The notes under the pieces: generated by a model
Told to the model about the DNA's origin: nothing
Databases searched by the model: none
The model's input: only the letters and a program-made list of their open reading frames with translations
In this document: positions 9,780 through 19,959 of the stretch, piece after piece
How the letters are laid out: every line of letters starts with the position of its first letter
How positions within the stretch are numbered: position 1 is the first letter of the stretch
NCBI GenBank assembly: GCA_963666275.2
Contig: CAXXOA010000002.1
Span: 1,216,001 to 1,280,000 of the forward strand
DNA from: Oceanispirochaeta sp.
GTDB taxonomy: Bacteria > Spirochaetota > Spirochaetia > DSM-2461
Direction: 5' to 3'
DNA length: 64,000 bases
Program-made: the position numbers and the translations under genes

Positions 9780-10649
9780 ATGATTTTGAATGAGAGTTAT
9801 ACCCTGCCAAAGGGAGTGGAAATTCCCAAACTGGGACTGGGAACCTGGTTTATCGGGGACGATGAAGTTGTGAAGGCAGTGAAAGATGCTGTTGAAATGG
9901 GGTATCGGCATATCGATACAGCTCAGGCCTACCAGAACGAAAGAGGCGTGGGCGAGGGAGTGAAAAACTGCGGTGTTCCCAGGGAAGATCTTTTCATTAC
10001 CACAAAACTGGCGGCGGAGATCAAGTCCTATAACGAAGCTGTGAAGGCTATTGACGGCTCGCTGAAAATCATGGGACTGAACTATCTGGATCTGATGATC
10101 ATCCACAGCCCCCAGCCCTGGATGGAATACGGTGATGATGAAGATCGCTGTTTTGAAGGGAACAAAGAAGCCTGGAGAGCCCTGGAAGATGCCTATAAAG
10201 CGGGTAAAATCAAATCCATCGGAGTCTCCAACTTCCTGAAAGAGGACCTGGAAAATATTCTGGAATCCTGTACAGTCAAACCCATGGTCAACCAGGTTCT
10301 GGCCCATATTACCAACACGCCCTCCGAGCTGATTGCCTATTGCGAAAGCAAAGAGATCCTTGTCGAGGCTTATTCTCCTGTGGCCCACGGTGAGCTTATG
10401 AAAAACCAGGAAGTTCTGAAAATGGCTGAAAAATATGGCGTTTCCATTCCCCAGCTGGGAATCCGCTACTGCCTGGAACTGGGGCTTCTGCCTCTTCCCA
10501 AGACAGCCAATCCTGCGCATATGAAAAACAATGCAGATCTGGATTTCTCCATATCCGCGGAAGATCTTGAAGTTCTCAAGGGAATGAAAAAGATCGAAAA
10601 CTACGGTGACGCCAGCATGTTCCCCGTTTACGGCGGAAAGCTGAAATAA
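9780..10649 (+). CDS. Aldo/keto reductase
   Basis: 'GYRHIDTAQAY.NE', 'LFITTKL', 'IIHSP', 'SIGVSNF', 'LPKT'. Confidence 0.95.
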   Translation: MILNESYTLPKGVEIPKLGLGTWFIGDDEVVKAVKDAVEMGYRHIDTAQAYQNERGVGEGVKNCGVPREDLFITTKLAAEIKSYNEAVKAIDGSLKIMGLNYLDLMIIHSPQPWMEYGDDEDRCFEGNKEAWRALEDAYKAGKIKSIGVSNFLKEDLENILESCTVKPMVNQVLAHITNTPSELIAYCESKEILVEAYSPVAHGELMKNQEVLKMAEKYGVSIPQLGIRYCLELGLLPLPKTANPAHMKNNADLDFSISAEDLEVLKGMKKIENYGDASMFPVYGGKLK

Positions 10650-10696
10650 AACATTTACTCTTCCAGGCGTTTTGCTCGCTGAGGGAATAGATCCTA

Positions 10697-10740
10697 TAGG
10701 ACATCCTGCTGAATTTTGGGCTCAGTGGGATGTCTTATTT
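10697..10740 (+). terminator. Probable terminator of the cupin-CMD-AKR operon
   Basis: TAGGACATCC...GGATGTCTTA stem. Confidence 0.5.
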
Positions 10741-10802
10741 ATACGATCAAATAAGGCTTATTATTGTATTAAAAATAGTATAAAGCAATTCATAAAAGGC
10801 AA

Positions 10803-10833
10803 TTGACCTTCCCAAAGCAGTAAGGGGTATCAT
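10803..10833 (+). promoter_or_regulatory. MerR/CueR-type promoter with a 19-bp spacer
   Basis: TTGACC-19 bp-TATCAT with an overlapping CCTTCC-N7-GTAAGG dyad. Confidence 0.5.
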
Positions 10834-10991
10834 GAGAGGATCAGAATGAAATGATTCAGAGAACAGCACATAAGGTTTGAGATTCCCTGTCCTTTTGTAA
10901 GATGGCAGAGTGCTAATTTTTGTCCCTCTCCTCACCGGCATGATGCAAAGGGGATGCCGTAATCCCGGAGAATCCTGTATACTCCTTAGCT

Positions 10992-11603
10992 ATGGCTATG
11001 AACAAGAGAGAGCAGCAGTATCAGAAAACCCTGGAAGCGATCAGGCAGTCTGTGGATGAACTGGTTTTGAAGGAAGGGTTTGATAAGCTGACGATTCGCG
11101 GGGTCTGCAAAAAGGCCGGGATCAATCACGGGACTTTCTATCACTATTTCAATTCAAAGGATGATCTGATTATGGATCGGCAGAAACGGTTTAATACTTT
11201 TTTTGCCGACCTCTATGAGACCAGACTTCAGCATATGACTACCAGAGACGCCCTGAAACTCTATTCAACTGAATATATTCACTATATTCAGACAAGACTT
11301 CTGCCCATGCTCATCTCCTTTGAAAAAACCCTCCTGTCTATCAGTGCCAGAGGGAAGCTGGAAGAGAATAGTGCCCAGACCATTTTAATGAAAATTATTG
11401 AAAAGGGAAAATCCGAAGGCGAGATCCTGCCGGAATACTCTACTGAAAGCCTCTACAACCTTTTCCAGATTTTCTATCTGGGAATCCGGGTCCGGTTCTG
11501 TCATACCTACGGCGAATCTCTTCCGGATGAGTCCACAGAAAGAGAGATCCTCAAGTGGATCGATACGCTTTTTGCCCCGGAACAGGAAAAAAACAGCCCC
11601 TGA
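10992..11603 (+). CDS. TetR/AcrR-family regulator
   Basis: 'GFDKLTIRGVCKKAGINHGTFYHYFNSKDDL'. Confidence 0.93.
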   Translation: MAMNKREQQYQKTLEAIRQSVDELVLKEGFDKLTIRGVCKKAGINHGTFYHYFNSKDDLIMDRQKRFNTFFADLYETRLQHMTTRDALKLYSTEYIHYIQTRLLPMLISFEKTLLSISARGKLEENSAQTILMKIIEKGKSEGEILPEYSTESLYNLFQIFYLGIRVRFCHTYGESLPDESTEREILKWIDTLFAPEQEKNSP

Positions 11604-11647
11604 CCCCGGCCGGGGAAAGAGGCTGATTACCAGTCTTATTCTGCAAT

Positions 11648-12559
11648 TTAAAGAAGGGAGTTTATGTAGTCGAAGCTCTCTTTCAGAGCCCTTTCCACAG
11701 ATTCATCGCTCTCTTCGTAGTTCTTGTCTTCAATTTCCATACAGGCGCAGAGGTCAAATCCGCTCTCCTTCAGAGTGTCCATGAATTTTTTCCAGTCAAT
11801 ACCGCCTTTGCCGGGAATCCGGGGATCCATATAGTTCAGAGGGTGTGTGAAAATTCCATATTCATCCAGACGTTTCTGATCCACCGAGATATCTTTCAGA
11901 TGGATATGAAAGATCCTGTCTCTGAAATCAAAAAGGGGTTTTATATAATCCATTCCCTGCAGATGCAGATGGGAGGGGTCATAGGAGAGTCCGAAATAGG
12001 GACTGGGGATCATTTCAAACATTTTTTTCCAGAGAAAAGGGGAGGACGCCAGGTTTAAACCGCCCGGCCATTCATCGGCGGAAAAGTACATGGGGCAGTT
12101 CTCAATTCCCACATACACCCCGTGCTCTTCCGCATAGCCTATAATCTCCGGCCAGACCCGACCGAATGTTTCCAGGTTTTCTTCGACGGTTCTGGACTTA
12201 TCTTTTCCGATGAATGTACTGATCCTGTTGACTCCGAGCATCCGGGCCGCTCTGATAAGAGATTTGATATGCTCTATGGCCGGACCGGAAACATCGCCGT
12301 CCGGGTCCAGAGGATTGGGGTAGTAACCAAGGGCCATGATTTCCACATCTTTTGAAGCTGCATAGTCCAGTATCTCTTTTCCCTTTTTTTCATCAAGATT
12401 TTCCGTATCTATATGGCAGGTCCCGGCATAGCGCCTGGTCCCGGTTCCGGCCGGCCAGCAGGCCAGCTCCACTGACCGGTATCCCAGACGGTCTGCCATA
12501 TCAATAACTTCTTCATAGCTTTTATTTTCAAGTATGGCGCTGAGTAATCCAAGTTTCAT
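11648..12559 (-). CDS. Sugar-phosphate isomerase/epimerase (AP-endonuclease-2 TIM barrel)
   Basis: 'GIENCP', 'YDPSHL', 'HIHLKD', 'EIED' metal motifs. Confidence 0.9.
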   Translation of the reverse strand: MKLGLLSAILENKSYEEVIDMADRLGYRSVELACWPAGTGTRRYAGTCHIDTENLDEKKGKEILDYAASKDVEIMALGYYPNPLDPDGDVSGPAIEHIKSLIRAARMLGVNRISTFIGKDKSRTVEENLETFGRVWPEIIGYAEEHGVYVGIENCPMYFSADEWPGGLNLASSPFLWKKMFEMIPSPYFGLSYDPSHLHLQGMDYIKPLFDFRDRIFHIHLKDISVDQKRLDEYGIFTHPLNYMDPRIPGKGGIDWKKFMDTLKESGFDLCACMEIEDKNYEESDESVERALKESFDYINSLL

Positions 12560-12560
12560 C

Positions 12561-13697
12561 TTATTCCTCTATTTTAACAAACTGATTTGATTTTGCACTT
12601 CTGTGAATGGCATCGCATATCCGCATTTCCCGCAGGCCATCGGCAAAGCGGGCGTAAAAGGTCTTTGTTGACGGTTCCAGAAAACTCCGGTAGATCTGGT
12701 TGAATCCCTGTTTGAACGCATCGGGGAATCCTTCCGCATGTCCCGAGGGAAAACTGATCAGGCCGGAGGCTTCGCCTCCCATCAGGCCCGCGTCTTTGGT
12801 CAGATTCTCATTGGCTTTGTTCCTGTAGCCCAGAATGACCTGCTCCTGGTTTTCAAGATTCCATTCCGCCGAGGATTCGGTTCCGCCTACCATCAGATGG
12901 ATCCTGTTTTTCTTTCCCGCAAACATCTGACTGATAAAACAGGTCCCTATGGCGCCGTTTTCAAACCGCAGCAGGACTGTCGCCATATCTTCCGTGTCGA
13001 TGGGAACATCCTCATACCTGTCCGCTTTTTTGTTTGAAAAAGTCAGGTTTTCTCCCACCGCTTTTTTCCGGACAGGATAAACGGTCTGGAAGTCGGCCAT
13101 CACTTCCGTTACTTTCAGGCCTGTAGTGTGCTCCGCCAGATCCACCCAGTGGGAGCCTATATCCGCCACCGCCCGGGTTGTTCCCGAAACACTGGATTCG
13201 AGTCGCCAGGAGTAGTCTGTTTCATAGAGGAGCCAGTCCTGCACATAACAGCCCGAAACAGAGATGATCTTTCCCAGTTCCTTCTTTTCAATTTTCTCTT
13301 TTATATGGTGTGTGGCGGGATAGAACCTGTTGTGAAAGTTGACTGCCGCCACCAGGTTCTTCTTTTCTGCCATTTCAGTCAGCTTCTCCGCCTCTTCGAT
13401 GGTGACTGTCATGGGTTTTTCCAGAATAACATTCACGCCCTTTGAAAGGGCATAGGACGCTATGGGGAAGTGGCTGACATTGGGGGTGCAGACATGCACA
13501 AAGTCCAGCCTCTCTTTATCCAGCATCTCCCTGTAATCACTGTAGGAGTTTTCCACCGATAGCATTTCCGCTTTCCTTTCAGCGTCGACAGGATCGCAGA
13601 CCGCTGCAATCTCCACGTATCCCAATCGGCGGATCGCTTCTATATGAGCAGCACCGATAAATCCTATCCCAATGACGGCGGTACGTATCTTTTTCAT
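12561..13697 (-). CDS. Gfo/Idh/MocA-family oxidoreductase
   Basis: 'VIGIGFIG', 'VCTPN..H', 'LEKPM', 'DIGSHWVD'; GAGG RBS before ATG 13697. Confidence 0.93.
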   Translation of the reverse strand: MKKIRTAVIGIGFIGAAHIEAIRRLGYVEIAAVCDPVDAERKAEMLSVENSYSDYREMLDKERLDFVHVCTPNVSHFPIASYALSKGVNVILEKPMTVTIEEAEKLTEMAEKKNLVAAVNFHNRFYPATHHIKEKIEKKELGKIISVSGCYVQDWLLYETDYSWRLESSVSGTTRAVADIGSHWVDLAEHTTGLKVTEVMADFQTVYPVRKKAVGENLTFSNKKADRYEDVPIDTEDMATVLLRFENGAIGTCFISQMFAGKKNRIHLMVGGTESSAEWNLENQEQVILGYRNKANENLTKDAGLMGGEASGLISFPSGHAEGFPDAFKQGFNQIYRSFLEPSTKTFYARFADGLREMRICDAIHRSAKSNQFVKIEE

Positions 13698-13714
13698 AAT
13701 TAACCTCAATTTTC

Positions 13715-13732
13715 TATGTAAAGCTTTACATA
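13715..13732. promoter_or_regulatory. LacI-type operator 1
   Basis: Perfect 18-bp palindrome TATGTAAAGCTTTACATA. Confidence 0.75.
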
Positions 13733-13846
13733 TTTTGAATGATACAACCACATGATTGATTTGGCAATGGAAAAGTGTAAAACCGTATAAAACCGTGTTT
13801 TAACTCCTCGTATGTATAGGCATTTTTACAAATATGAAACTTTTCG

Positions 13847-13892
13847 TTGACAAACCCCGAAGCTATGCTAGATTGAATGTAAAGCTTTACAT
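13847..13892 (+). promoter_or_regulatory. Promoter of the LacI gene with downstream operator 2
   Basis: TTGACA (13847), TGc-TAGATT extended -10, palindrome ATGTAAAGCTTTACAT at 13877-13892. Confidence 0.7.
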
Positions 13893-13904
13893 AGGAGTCG
13901 GCTG

Positions 13905-14900
13905 TTGAATCTTACGGATATTGCCCAAATGTGCGGTGTGTCAATTGCAACGGTTTCGCGGGTTATCAATAACGATCCCCGGGTGGCCAGGAAAACGAAG
14001 TTGAAGGTTATGAAGGTCATAGAAGAAAATGACTTCGTTCCCAACACTTCCGGACGGCATCTGCGGACATCAAGGAGCAATAAAATCCTTGTTATGCTGC
14101 CGACTTTTTCCAACCAGTTCTATTCCCGGATCGTAGAAGGGATTGAGGACAGGGCGGACAAGATGGGGTATCAGGTTGTGGTGGTAATGACCATGCTGGA
14201 GAAGACCCTGGAAATGAAGTATCTGGACATGCTGCGGGCCAAGCAGGTGGACGGGTGCATCAATTTTTTCAGTACCTTCAACAGCGATGAGATAACGGCC
14301 ATAGCTGCCCGGTACCCCTATGTGCAGGGGTGTGAACCGACACTGGGGGCTGATGTCTCCAGTGTGGTTATAGACAATGAGAATGCCATATATACAGCAG
14401 CCATGGAATTTCTGGAACAGGGGCATACCCGGATCGCCTACATGAGCGGAGACTACTACAAATTCTCCGAGCTGAGCCGTGAGAAGGGGTACCGGCGGGC
14501 ATTGAAGGAAAAGGGGATTCCCTTTGATGAGGAGCTCCTGGGAAAGACAAACTACAGGTTCAAGGACGGGGTGGTAGAGTGTCAGAGGCTTATGAGTCTG
14601 AAAAAGCCGCCTTCTGTCATTTTGTGTACTTCCGATCCTCTGGCTATCGGTGCCATGAATTTCCTTCGATCCGGTAACTGGCCTGAACAGGTAAAGGTTA
14701 TGGGGTTTGATAATTCTGATATTACAAAGTATTACCTGCCCAGCATCTCCACCATTGCACAGCCCCGGTATGAACTGGGGACAACAGCGTTTGATCTTCT
14801 GTATGAGAAGATTGAAGACCGGAAGAGTCCGGTAAAGAAGACCATCCTTCCCTTTGAAATCATTCACAGGGAATCGACGGGTAATTTGCGATTATCATGA
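13905..14900 (+). CDS. LacI-family regulator
   Basis: 'LTDIAQMCGVSIATVSRVIN' HTH plus sugar-binding domain; TTG start after AGGAG. Confidence 0.93.
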   Translation: MNLTDIAQMCGVSIATVSRVINNDPRVARKTKLKVMKVIEENDFVPNTSGRHLRTSRSNKILVMLPTFSNQFYSRIVEGIEDRADKMGYQVVVVMTMLEKTLEMKYLDMLRAKQVDGCINFFSTFNSDEITAIAARYPYVQGCEPTLGADVSSVVIDNENAIYTAAMEFLEQGHTRIAYMSGDYYKFSELSREKGYRRALKEKGIPFDEELLGKTNYRFKDGVVECQRLMSLKKPPSVILCTSDPLAIGAMNFLRSGNWPEQVKVMGFDNSDITKYYLPSISTIAQPRYELGTTAFDLLYEKIEDRKSPVKKTILPFEIIHRESTGNLRLS

Positions 14901-14936
14901 GGGTTCTTCCCCGTGATTAAATATTGGAGGGTTTCA

Positions 14937-15944
14937 ATGAAAAAGAAAATGTTTCTAATGGTTCTGACAGTATTGTTAAGTGTCTCTTTCTGTTTTGCAT
15001 CGGGTGCACAGGATGACGGCGTCAAATCACTTGCGGTAATCATGCCCAGTGCGGACCATGGATTCCTGGGTGAAAGTATCACCCATGCGGAAAATGCTAC
15101 TGAAAAACTGGCTCAGGAGAAGGGATATAAATATCAGTTCCTGATTTCTGATGACGTGGTTGAACAGTCCAATCAGATCGATACCGTGGTTTCCCAGGGT
15201 GTGGATGCGGTTGTTCTCTGGCCCCATAACGGTGATGAGCTGAAATCAGCCGCCCAGTCTATAGTGGATGCGGGTATCCCCCTTATTATCTATGACAGAC
15301 TTATAAGCAATTTTGATGAAACCGCAGAACTTCTGGGTGACAATGACACTATCGGTGAACAGACAGGTCTTTACTTTAATGAGTATTTTAAAGATGAACT
15401 GGCTTCCGGAAAGGTTAATATCCTTGAGTTCAAAGGGGATAACTCTTCTGTTCCCATGCAGAGATCCAATGGGTTCTGGTCTACCGCCAGCCCCAATTTC
15501 AACAAGGTCAATGAATATGTAACCAACTGGAGTAAAGACAAGGCCCAGTCTCAGATGGAAGCGTTCCTGAACTCCAGTACCAAAGCCCAGGTTGAAAGCA
15601 TCGAAGCCATCTTTACTCACGATGCGGAAGTCGCTGCCGGTGTTCTGGCTGCTCTTCAGGGATACGATGGTAGTTTTGATCTGAATGTGAAACTGGTTTC
15701 CGCTGTCAGTGCTTCAAGAGAGCTTCTGGGTCTGTTTGATCACTATCAGGAACTGGGCATCGATCAGGTTGTCTACTCTTTCTCTCCTGCCATGGTTGTA
15801 GATGCCATTGAACTGGGAATCGACATTCTGGACGGAAAATCAGTTTCCGGACAGTATCTGGTTGAAACAGAAATGGTTGATAACGGGAATTACAAAGACT
15901 TTATGAAAGGTCCTGTTTACTCGCTCAGATACTCACTGTATTAA
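14937..15944 (+). CDS. Sugar ABC transporter substrate-binding protein
   Basis: Signal peptide ending 'FASGAQD'; RbsB-like motifs; GGAGG RBS. Confidence 0.9.
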   Translation: MKKKMFLMVLTVLLSVSFCFASGAQDDGVKSLAVIMPSADHGFLGESITHAENATEKLAQEKGYKYQFLISDDVVEQSNQIDTVVSQGVDAVVLWPHNGDELKSAAQSIVDAGIPLIIYDRLISNFDETAELLGDNDTIGEQTGLYFNEYFKDELASGKVNILEFKGDNSSVPMQRSNGFWSTASPNFNKVNEYVTNWSKDKAQSQMEAFLNSSTKAQVESIEAIFTHDAEVAAGVLAALQGYDGSFDLNVKLVSAVSASRELLGLFDHYQELGIDQVVYSFSPAMVVDAIELGIDILDGKSVSGQYLVETEMVDNGNYKDFMKGPVYSLRYSLY

Positions 15945-16003
15945 GAAATTAGGGCCGGCGCATCTGTGCCGGCCTGTTTCGCGCAGTGTCATAGGGATAG
16001 TTT

Positions 16004-17509
16004 ATGCTATTGGAAATGAAAAATATATCAAAAAGTTTCGGAGCTGTGAAAGCTGTCCAGGATGTCTCCCTCTCTATCGGAGAAGCGGAAGTTCATGGGC
16101 TGCTGGGAGAAAACGGCGCTGGAAAATCGACTCTGATGAATGTTCTGGGGGGAATCCTCAGGCCTGACCGCGGTGTGATTGTCATCGGAGGGGAGGAGTT
16201 CACTCATCTGACTCCCTTGAAAGCCACCCATCTGGGGATCGGCTTTATCCACCAGGAGCTGAACCTGGTGAACGATCTGCATGTGTATGAGAACCTTTTT
16301 CTTCATCATGAACTGACCCGGTTCGGCGTTCTCAACAAAAAAGAGATGATACGCCGGTCTTATGAAATCTTTAAGAAAATGAATCTGGATATTGATCCTC
16401 TTGCGATGGTGGGGGATCTGGATACTTCACGAAAACAGCTGATTGAAATTGCCGGAGCGCTTTTATTCGACTGCCGTCTTATTATTATGGACGAGCCCAC
16501 AACCGCTCTGACAAATGAAGAAATCGATAACCTTTTTACAATTATCCGCGGCTTGAAAGAGCATGGGATCAGTTGTATCTATATCTCCCATAAAATGCCC
16601 GAACTCTTTGAAATCTGCGACCGCTATACTGTGATGCGGGACGGAAAGCATGTAGCTACCGGGGATTTTAAAGATATTGACGAGCATCAGGCTACTGAGA
16701 TGCTTGTGGGAAGGAGCCTTGCCGGAGAAGTGGTGGAAAAATCCAACGTTATCAATACCAATGATATTGTTATGGATGTGAAAGGTCTGAGCTGCCATAA
16801 ATTTTTCCAGGATGTCAGTTTCTCTCTTCAGAAGGGTGAGATCCTGGCCATTACCGGGCTGTTCGGTGACGGGAGGGGAGAGCTCAGTGAGTGCCTTTTT
16901 GGCGCCAGAAAGCCAACAGACGGTGCCATCCTTATGAACGGCAGGGATATGACAGGCAAGTCCATCATAAAAAATATGAAAGCCGGGATCTCCATGGTTC
17001 CCCGTAACAGAAAGGAGCGCTCCATTCTGAAGGACATGACAATCCTGGACAATCTTTCCATGGCGTATTTTACAAGCAAGCATAAAAACCTGTATATCAG
17101 CAACAGGAAAGAGCACGAACGCTATGATTCTCACAGGAAGGCTACCAATATCAAGGCGGAAAGCCCGGATAATCTGATCACCTCCCTGAGCGGCGGGAAT
17201 CAGCAGAAAGTCGTATTCTCCCGCTGGTTCGGTCTGGATTCGGATGTATTCATTCTGGATAATCCCACCCAGGGAATCGATGTGGGGGCCAAATTTGAAA
17301 TCTATCAGCTCATAACTGCTCTGGCAGAGAAGGGGAAGAGTGTTGTTGTCTTCAGCTCGGAATACCCCGAAATCCATCAGATCGCCGACAGGTGCCTGGT
17401 TCTCTACAAGGGCCGGATCAATAAAGAATTCAAACGTGATGAACTGAATGAAGTGGATGTTATGTATTATGCCACCGGTTCAAATCTCAAGGAGGCCTCA
17501 GTTGGCTGA
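16004..17509 (+). CDS. Sugar ABC transporter ATP-binding protein (CUT2, two NBDs)
   Basis: 'GENGAGKST', 'DEPT', 'LSGGNQQK'. Confidence 0.95.
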   Translation: MLLEMKNISKSFGAVKAVQDVSLSIGEAEVHGLLGENGAGKSTLMNVLGGILRPDRGVIVIGGEEFTHLTPLKATHLGIGFIHQELNLVNDLHVYENLFLHHELTRFGVLNKKEMIRRSYEIFKKMNLDIDPLAMVGDLDTSRKQLIEIAGALLFDCRLIIMDEPTTALTNEEIDNLFTIIRGLKEHGISCIYISHKMPELFEICDRYTVMRDGKHVATGDFKDIDEHQATEMLVGRSLAGEVVEKSNVINTNDIVMDVKGLSCHKFFQDVSFSLQKGEILAITGLFGDGRGELSECLFGARKPTDGAILMNGRDMTGKSIIKNMKAGISMVPRNRKERSILKDMTILDNLSMAYFTSKHKNLYISNRKEHERYDSHRKATNIKAESPDNLITSLSGGNQQKVVFSRWFGLDSDVFILDNPTQGIDVGAKFEIYQLITALAEKGKSVVVFSSEYPEIHQIADRCLVLYKGRINKEFKRDELNEVDVMYYATGSNLKEASVG

Positions 17510-18530
17510 AAAAAATAGTGAAACCATAAGTCAGGGGGCGGTAAAATCCATGATTCTTCATAACAATGACTGGAAAACAGCAGGGAAGAAACTGCTGATC
17601 AATCACAACTATTTTATCTCTCTTGTGATTCTGCTTGTCATAGGAAGGATTGCCAGTGACCAGTTCCTGACCCTGCCCAGTCTTATCAATCTGGTGAAAT
17701 CTTCTGTCTTTATAGGAACCATTGCTCTGGGGATGACCCTGGTTATCATTTCCGGCAATATCGACCTTTCCGTAGGGTCTATGCTGGGCCTGTCCGCCGC
17801 GGTGGGTGTGGTGGTATTCAATTCCACCTATAGTGTCTTTATGGCTCTTCTGACCTGTCTGTTTATAGGCCTGCTGCTGGGGCTTTTTAACGGTATCTTT
17901 GTGGGTATCGCCAAGGTAGCTTCGTTTATCGTCACCCTGGCGACTCTGGTAGGCTACAGGTCTCTGACAGTTCAATACGGCGACGGCGGACCTCTCATTG
18001 TGGATAACGATGCGTACTTTGATCAGCTGAGGCCCATCGGATACGGAAAGATCGGAATACTTCCCTACCTTGTTCTTATTTTTGTTCTGTTAACCGTTCT
18101 TGTCTGGTTTGTGATGACCAAAACCAAATTCGGCCGCTATGTGTATGCCATCGGATCCAATGAGAAAGCGGCCCGTCTGACCGGTATCAATGTGGAGCTT
18201 GTAAAAGTTGCGATCTTTACAATCACCGGTATGCTGACCGGTGCGGCGGCTTTTCTGTATATTACCCGGTTCGGTTCGGTCGATGTGGCTACAGCCGGTA
18301 AATCCTTCGAGCTGGATGTTATTGCCGCAGTTGCCATCGGGGGGACCTCCATGGCCGGAGGACGCGGTTTCATACAGGGGTCCTTCTTCGGAGCCATTAT
18401 TCTGTACGCCATTGATGCGATTCTGTCAGCCTTCCTGGTTCCGGCGTTTGTGAATGACCTGATCAAGGGAATCCTGATCCTCGGGGCTGTTCTTCTGCAG
18501 AAAGCACTGGATCGGCGATCTGTAGACTGA
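17502..18530 (+). CDS. Sugar ABC transporter permease
   Basis: 'GNIDLSVG', 'AIGSNEKAARLTGI', 'AAVAIGGTSMAGG'; TTG start after GGAGG. Confidence 0.93.
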   Translation: MAEKNSETISQGAVKSMILHNNDWKTAGKKLLINHNYFISLVILLVIGRIASDQFLTLPSLINLVKSSVFIGTIALGMTLVIISGNIDLSVGSMLGLSAAVGVVVFNSTYSVFMALLTCLFIGLLLGLFNGIFVGIAKVASFIVTLATLVGYRSLTVQYGDGGPLIVDNDAYFDQLRPIGYGKIGILPYLVLIFVLLTVLVWFVMTKTKFGRYVYAIGSNEKAARLTGINVELVKVAIFTITGMLTGAAAFLYITRFGSVDVATAGKSFELDVIAAVAIGGTSMAGGRGFIQGSFFGAIILYAIDAILSAFLVPAFVNDLIKGILILGAVLLQKALDRRSVD

Positions 18531-18543
18531 TGGGAGATTGAAT

Positions 18544-18597
18544 AAAAAAAAGTCTCCCGGGAAGGCGCAGTAGAGTTCTATCGGGAGACTCTTTTTT
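18544..18597. terminator. Bidirectional terminator at the border of the low-GC block
   Basis: A run, AGTCTCCCG...CGGGAGACT stem, T run. Confidence 0.6.
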
Positions 18598-18886
18598 CTC
18601 AGTTTCAGTTCAAATCCCTTCTAAAATCTATCCTTATTTTTGCAAATCTTTATTTCCCCGAGTTTTTAAATGGATTTCTCTATCTTATCTTGAACTCCCT
18701 TTCTTGTGGCAGGATCAGGCTTTATATTTAACAACTACTTAAAATATATCAAATAGTGAAATTTAAATAGTTTAAATATACTGAATTTCCTATAAAAGAG
18801 AAGATATATCCAATAATGTTTAGTTTAAGTCGTTTTTTAAGTATTGAAAAGTAGCTTAAAATTAATTGAAAATATAAAATATTAAG

Positions 18887-18916
18887 TTGACAGTTTTTGA
18901 AATTCACTGTTATAGT
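18887..18916 (+). promoter_or_regulatory. Sigma70 promoter of the second sugar operon
   Basis: TTGACA-18 bp-TATAGT, with an ACAGT...ACTGT dyad overlapping the spacer. Confidence 0.5.
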
Positions 18917-18944
18917 CTTCTTGAAATCAAATAGGAGGCTTTTT

Positions 18945-19895
18945 GTGAAAAGAGTATTGTTAGTCATGACAATGATGTTTGCAGTTCTTTCGTTTGCTAT
19001 GGCGGAAGGTCAGAAGGAAGATGATGGGAAAGTACGTGTGGGAGCATCTATTTTAACTTCTTCTCATCCATTTTATCAGTCTATAAAAGTTGCACTGGAA
19101 GAAGAGGCAGCTGCCCGGGATGTAGAAATTTCAATTGCTGTTGCAGATCAGGATCTAAACCGCCAGCTTTCTGCTGTTGAAGATTTTATCAATAAACAGG
19201 TAGATGTAATCATAATTACACCTGTAGATTCTGATGGTGTCGTGGGGGCAATTCTTAAAGCAAAAAATGCTGGAATCCCTGTGATCACTGTCGATATCCC
19301 TGCTAATGGGATTGAGGTAGACGCTCATATTGCAACCGATAATTATACAGGTGGTAAACTGGCTGGCCAGGCTATGGCCCAGTATCTTGATTATTCAGGT
19401 AAAGTTGCACTTATCACTTATCCAGAAGTTCAGTCTGTTAGAGACAGAATTGATGGATTTAAAGAACAGGTAGCTCAATATGATGGTATTGAGATTGTAA
19501 CTGAGCTTCCAGGAAGAACCCGTGAAGAAGCAAAAACTGCTACTGAAGATATGATGACTGCTCATCCCGAGGTAACAGGTGTGTTCGGTTTCGGAGATGA
19601 TATGGCCATTGCAGCAACAACAGTTATTAAAGAAAGAAGTGCTGATGCAATTGTAATTGGATTCGACGGAATGGATGAGGGTAGGAAAACTGTTGATGCA
19701 GATAATGCCTTTAAAGCGGTTGTTATGCAGGCCCCTGATAGAATGGGTAAAACAGCCATTGACCTTGCTTTAAAAATTACCAATGGTGAATCTGTTGAAA
19801 AAAATATTCCTATCGTTCCAGGTCTTTATATTTTTGGTCCGGGAGAAGTGCCTGTTTCTCTCGATGGAGATCAGATCTCTTTTGAAATTGAATAA
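18945..19895 (+). CDS. Sugar ABC substrate-binding protein (RbsB-like)
   Basis: GTG start after AGGAGG; signal 'AMAEGQKE'; 'IATDNYTGG', 'IIGFDG'-type motifs. Confidence 0.9.
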   Translation: MKRVLLVMTMMFAVLSFAMAEGQKEDDGKVRVGASILTSSHPFYQSIKVALEEEAAARDVEISIAVADQDLNRQLSAVEDFINKQVDVIIITPVDSDGVVGAILKAKNAGIPVITVDIPANGIEVDAHIATDNYTGGKLAGQAMAQYLDYSGKVALITYPEVQSVRDRIDGFKEQVAQYDGIEIVTELPGRTREEAKTATEDMMTAHPEVTGVFGFGDDMAIAATTVIKERSADAIVIGFDGMDEGRKTVDADNAFKAVVMQAPDRMGKTAIDLALKITNGESVEKNIPIVPGLYIFGPGEVPVSLDGDQISFEIE

Positions 19896-19959
19896 GTTTG
19901 AATAAATGAAATTAGATGAGCTGGTATGGTTTTACCAGCTCTTTTATTAGGGAGTCTAT

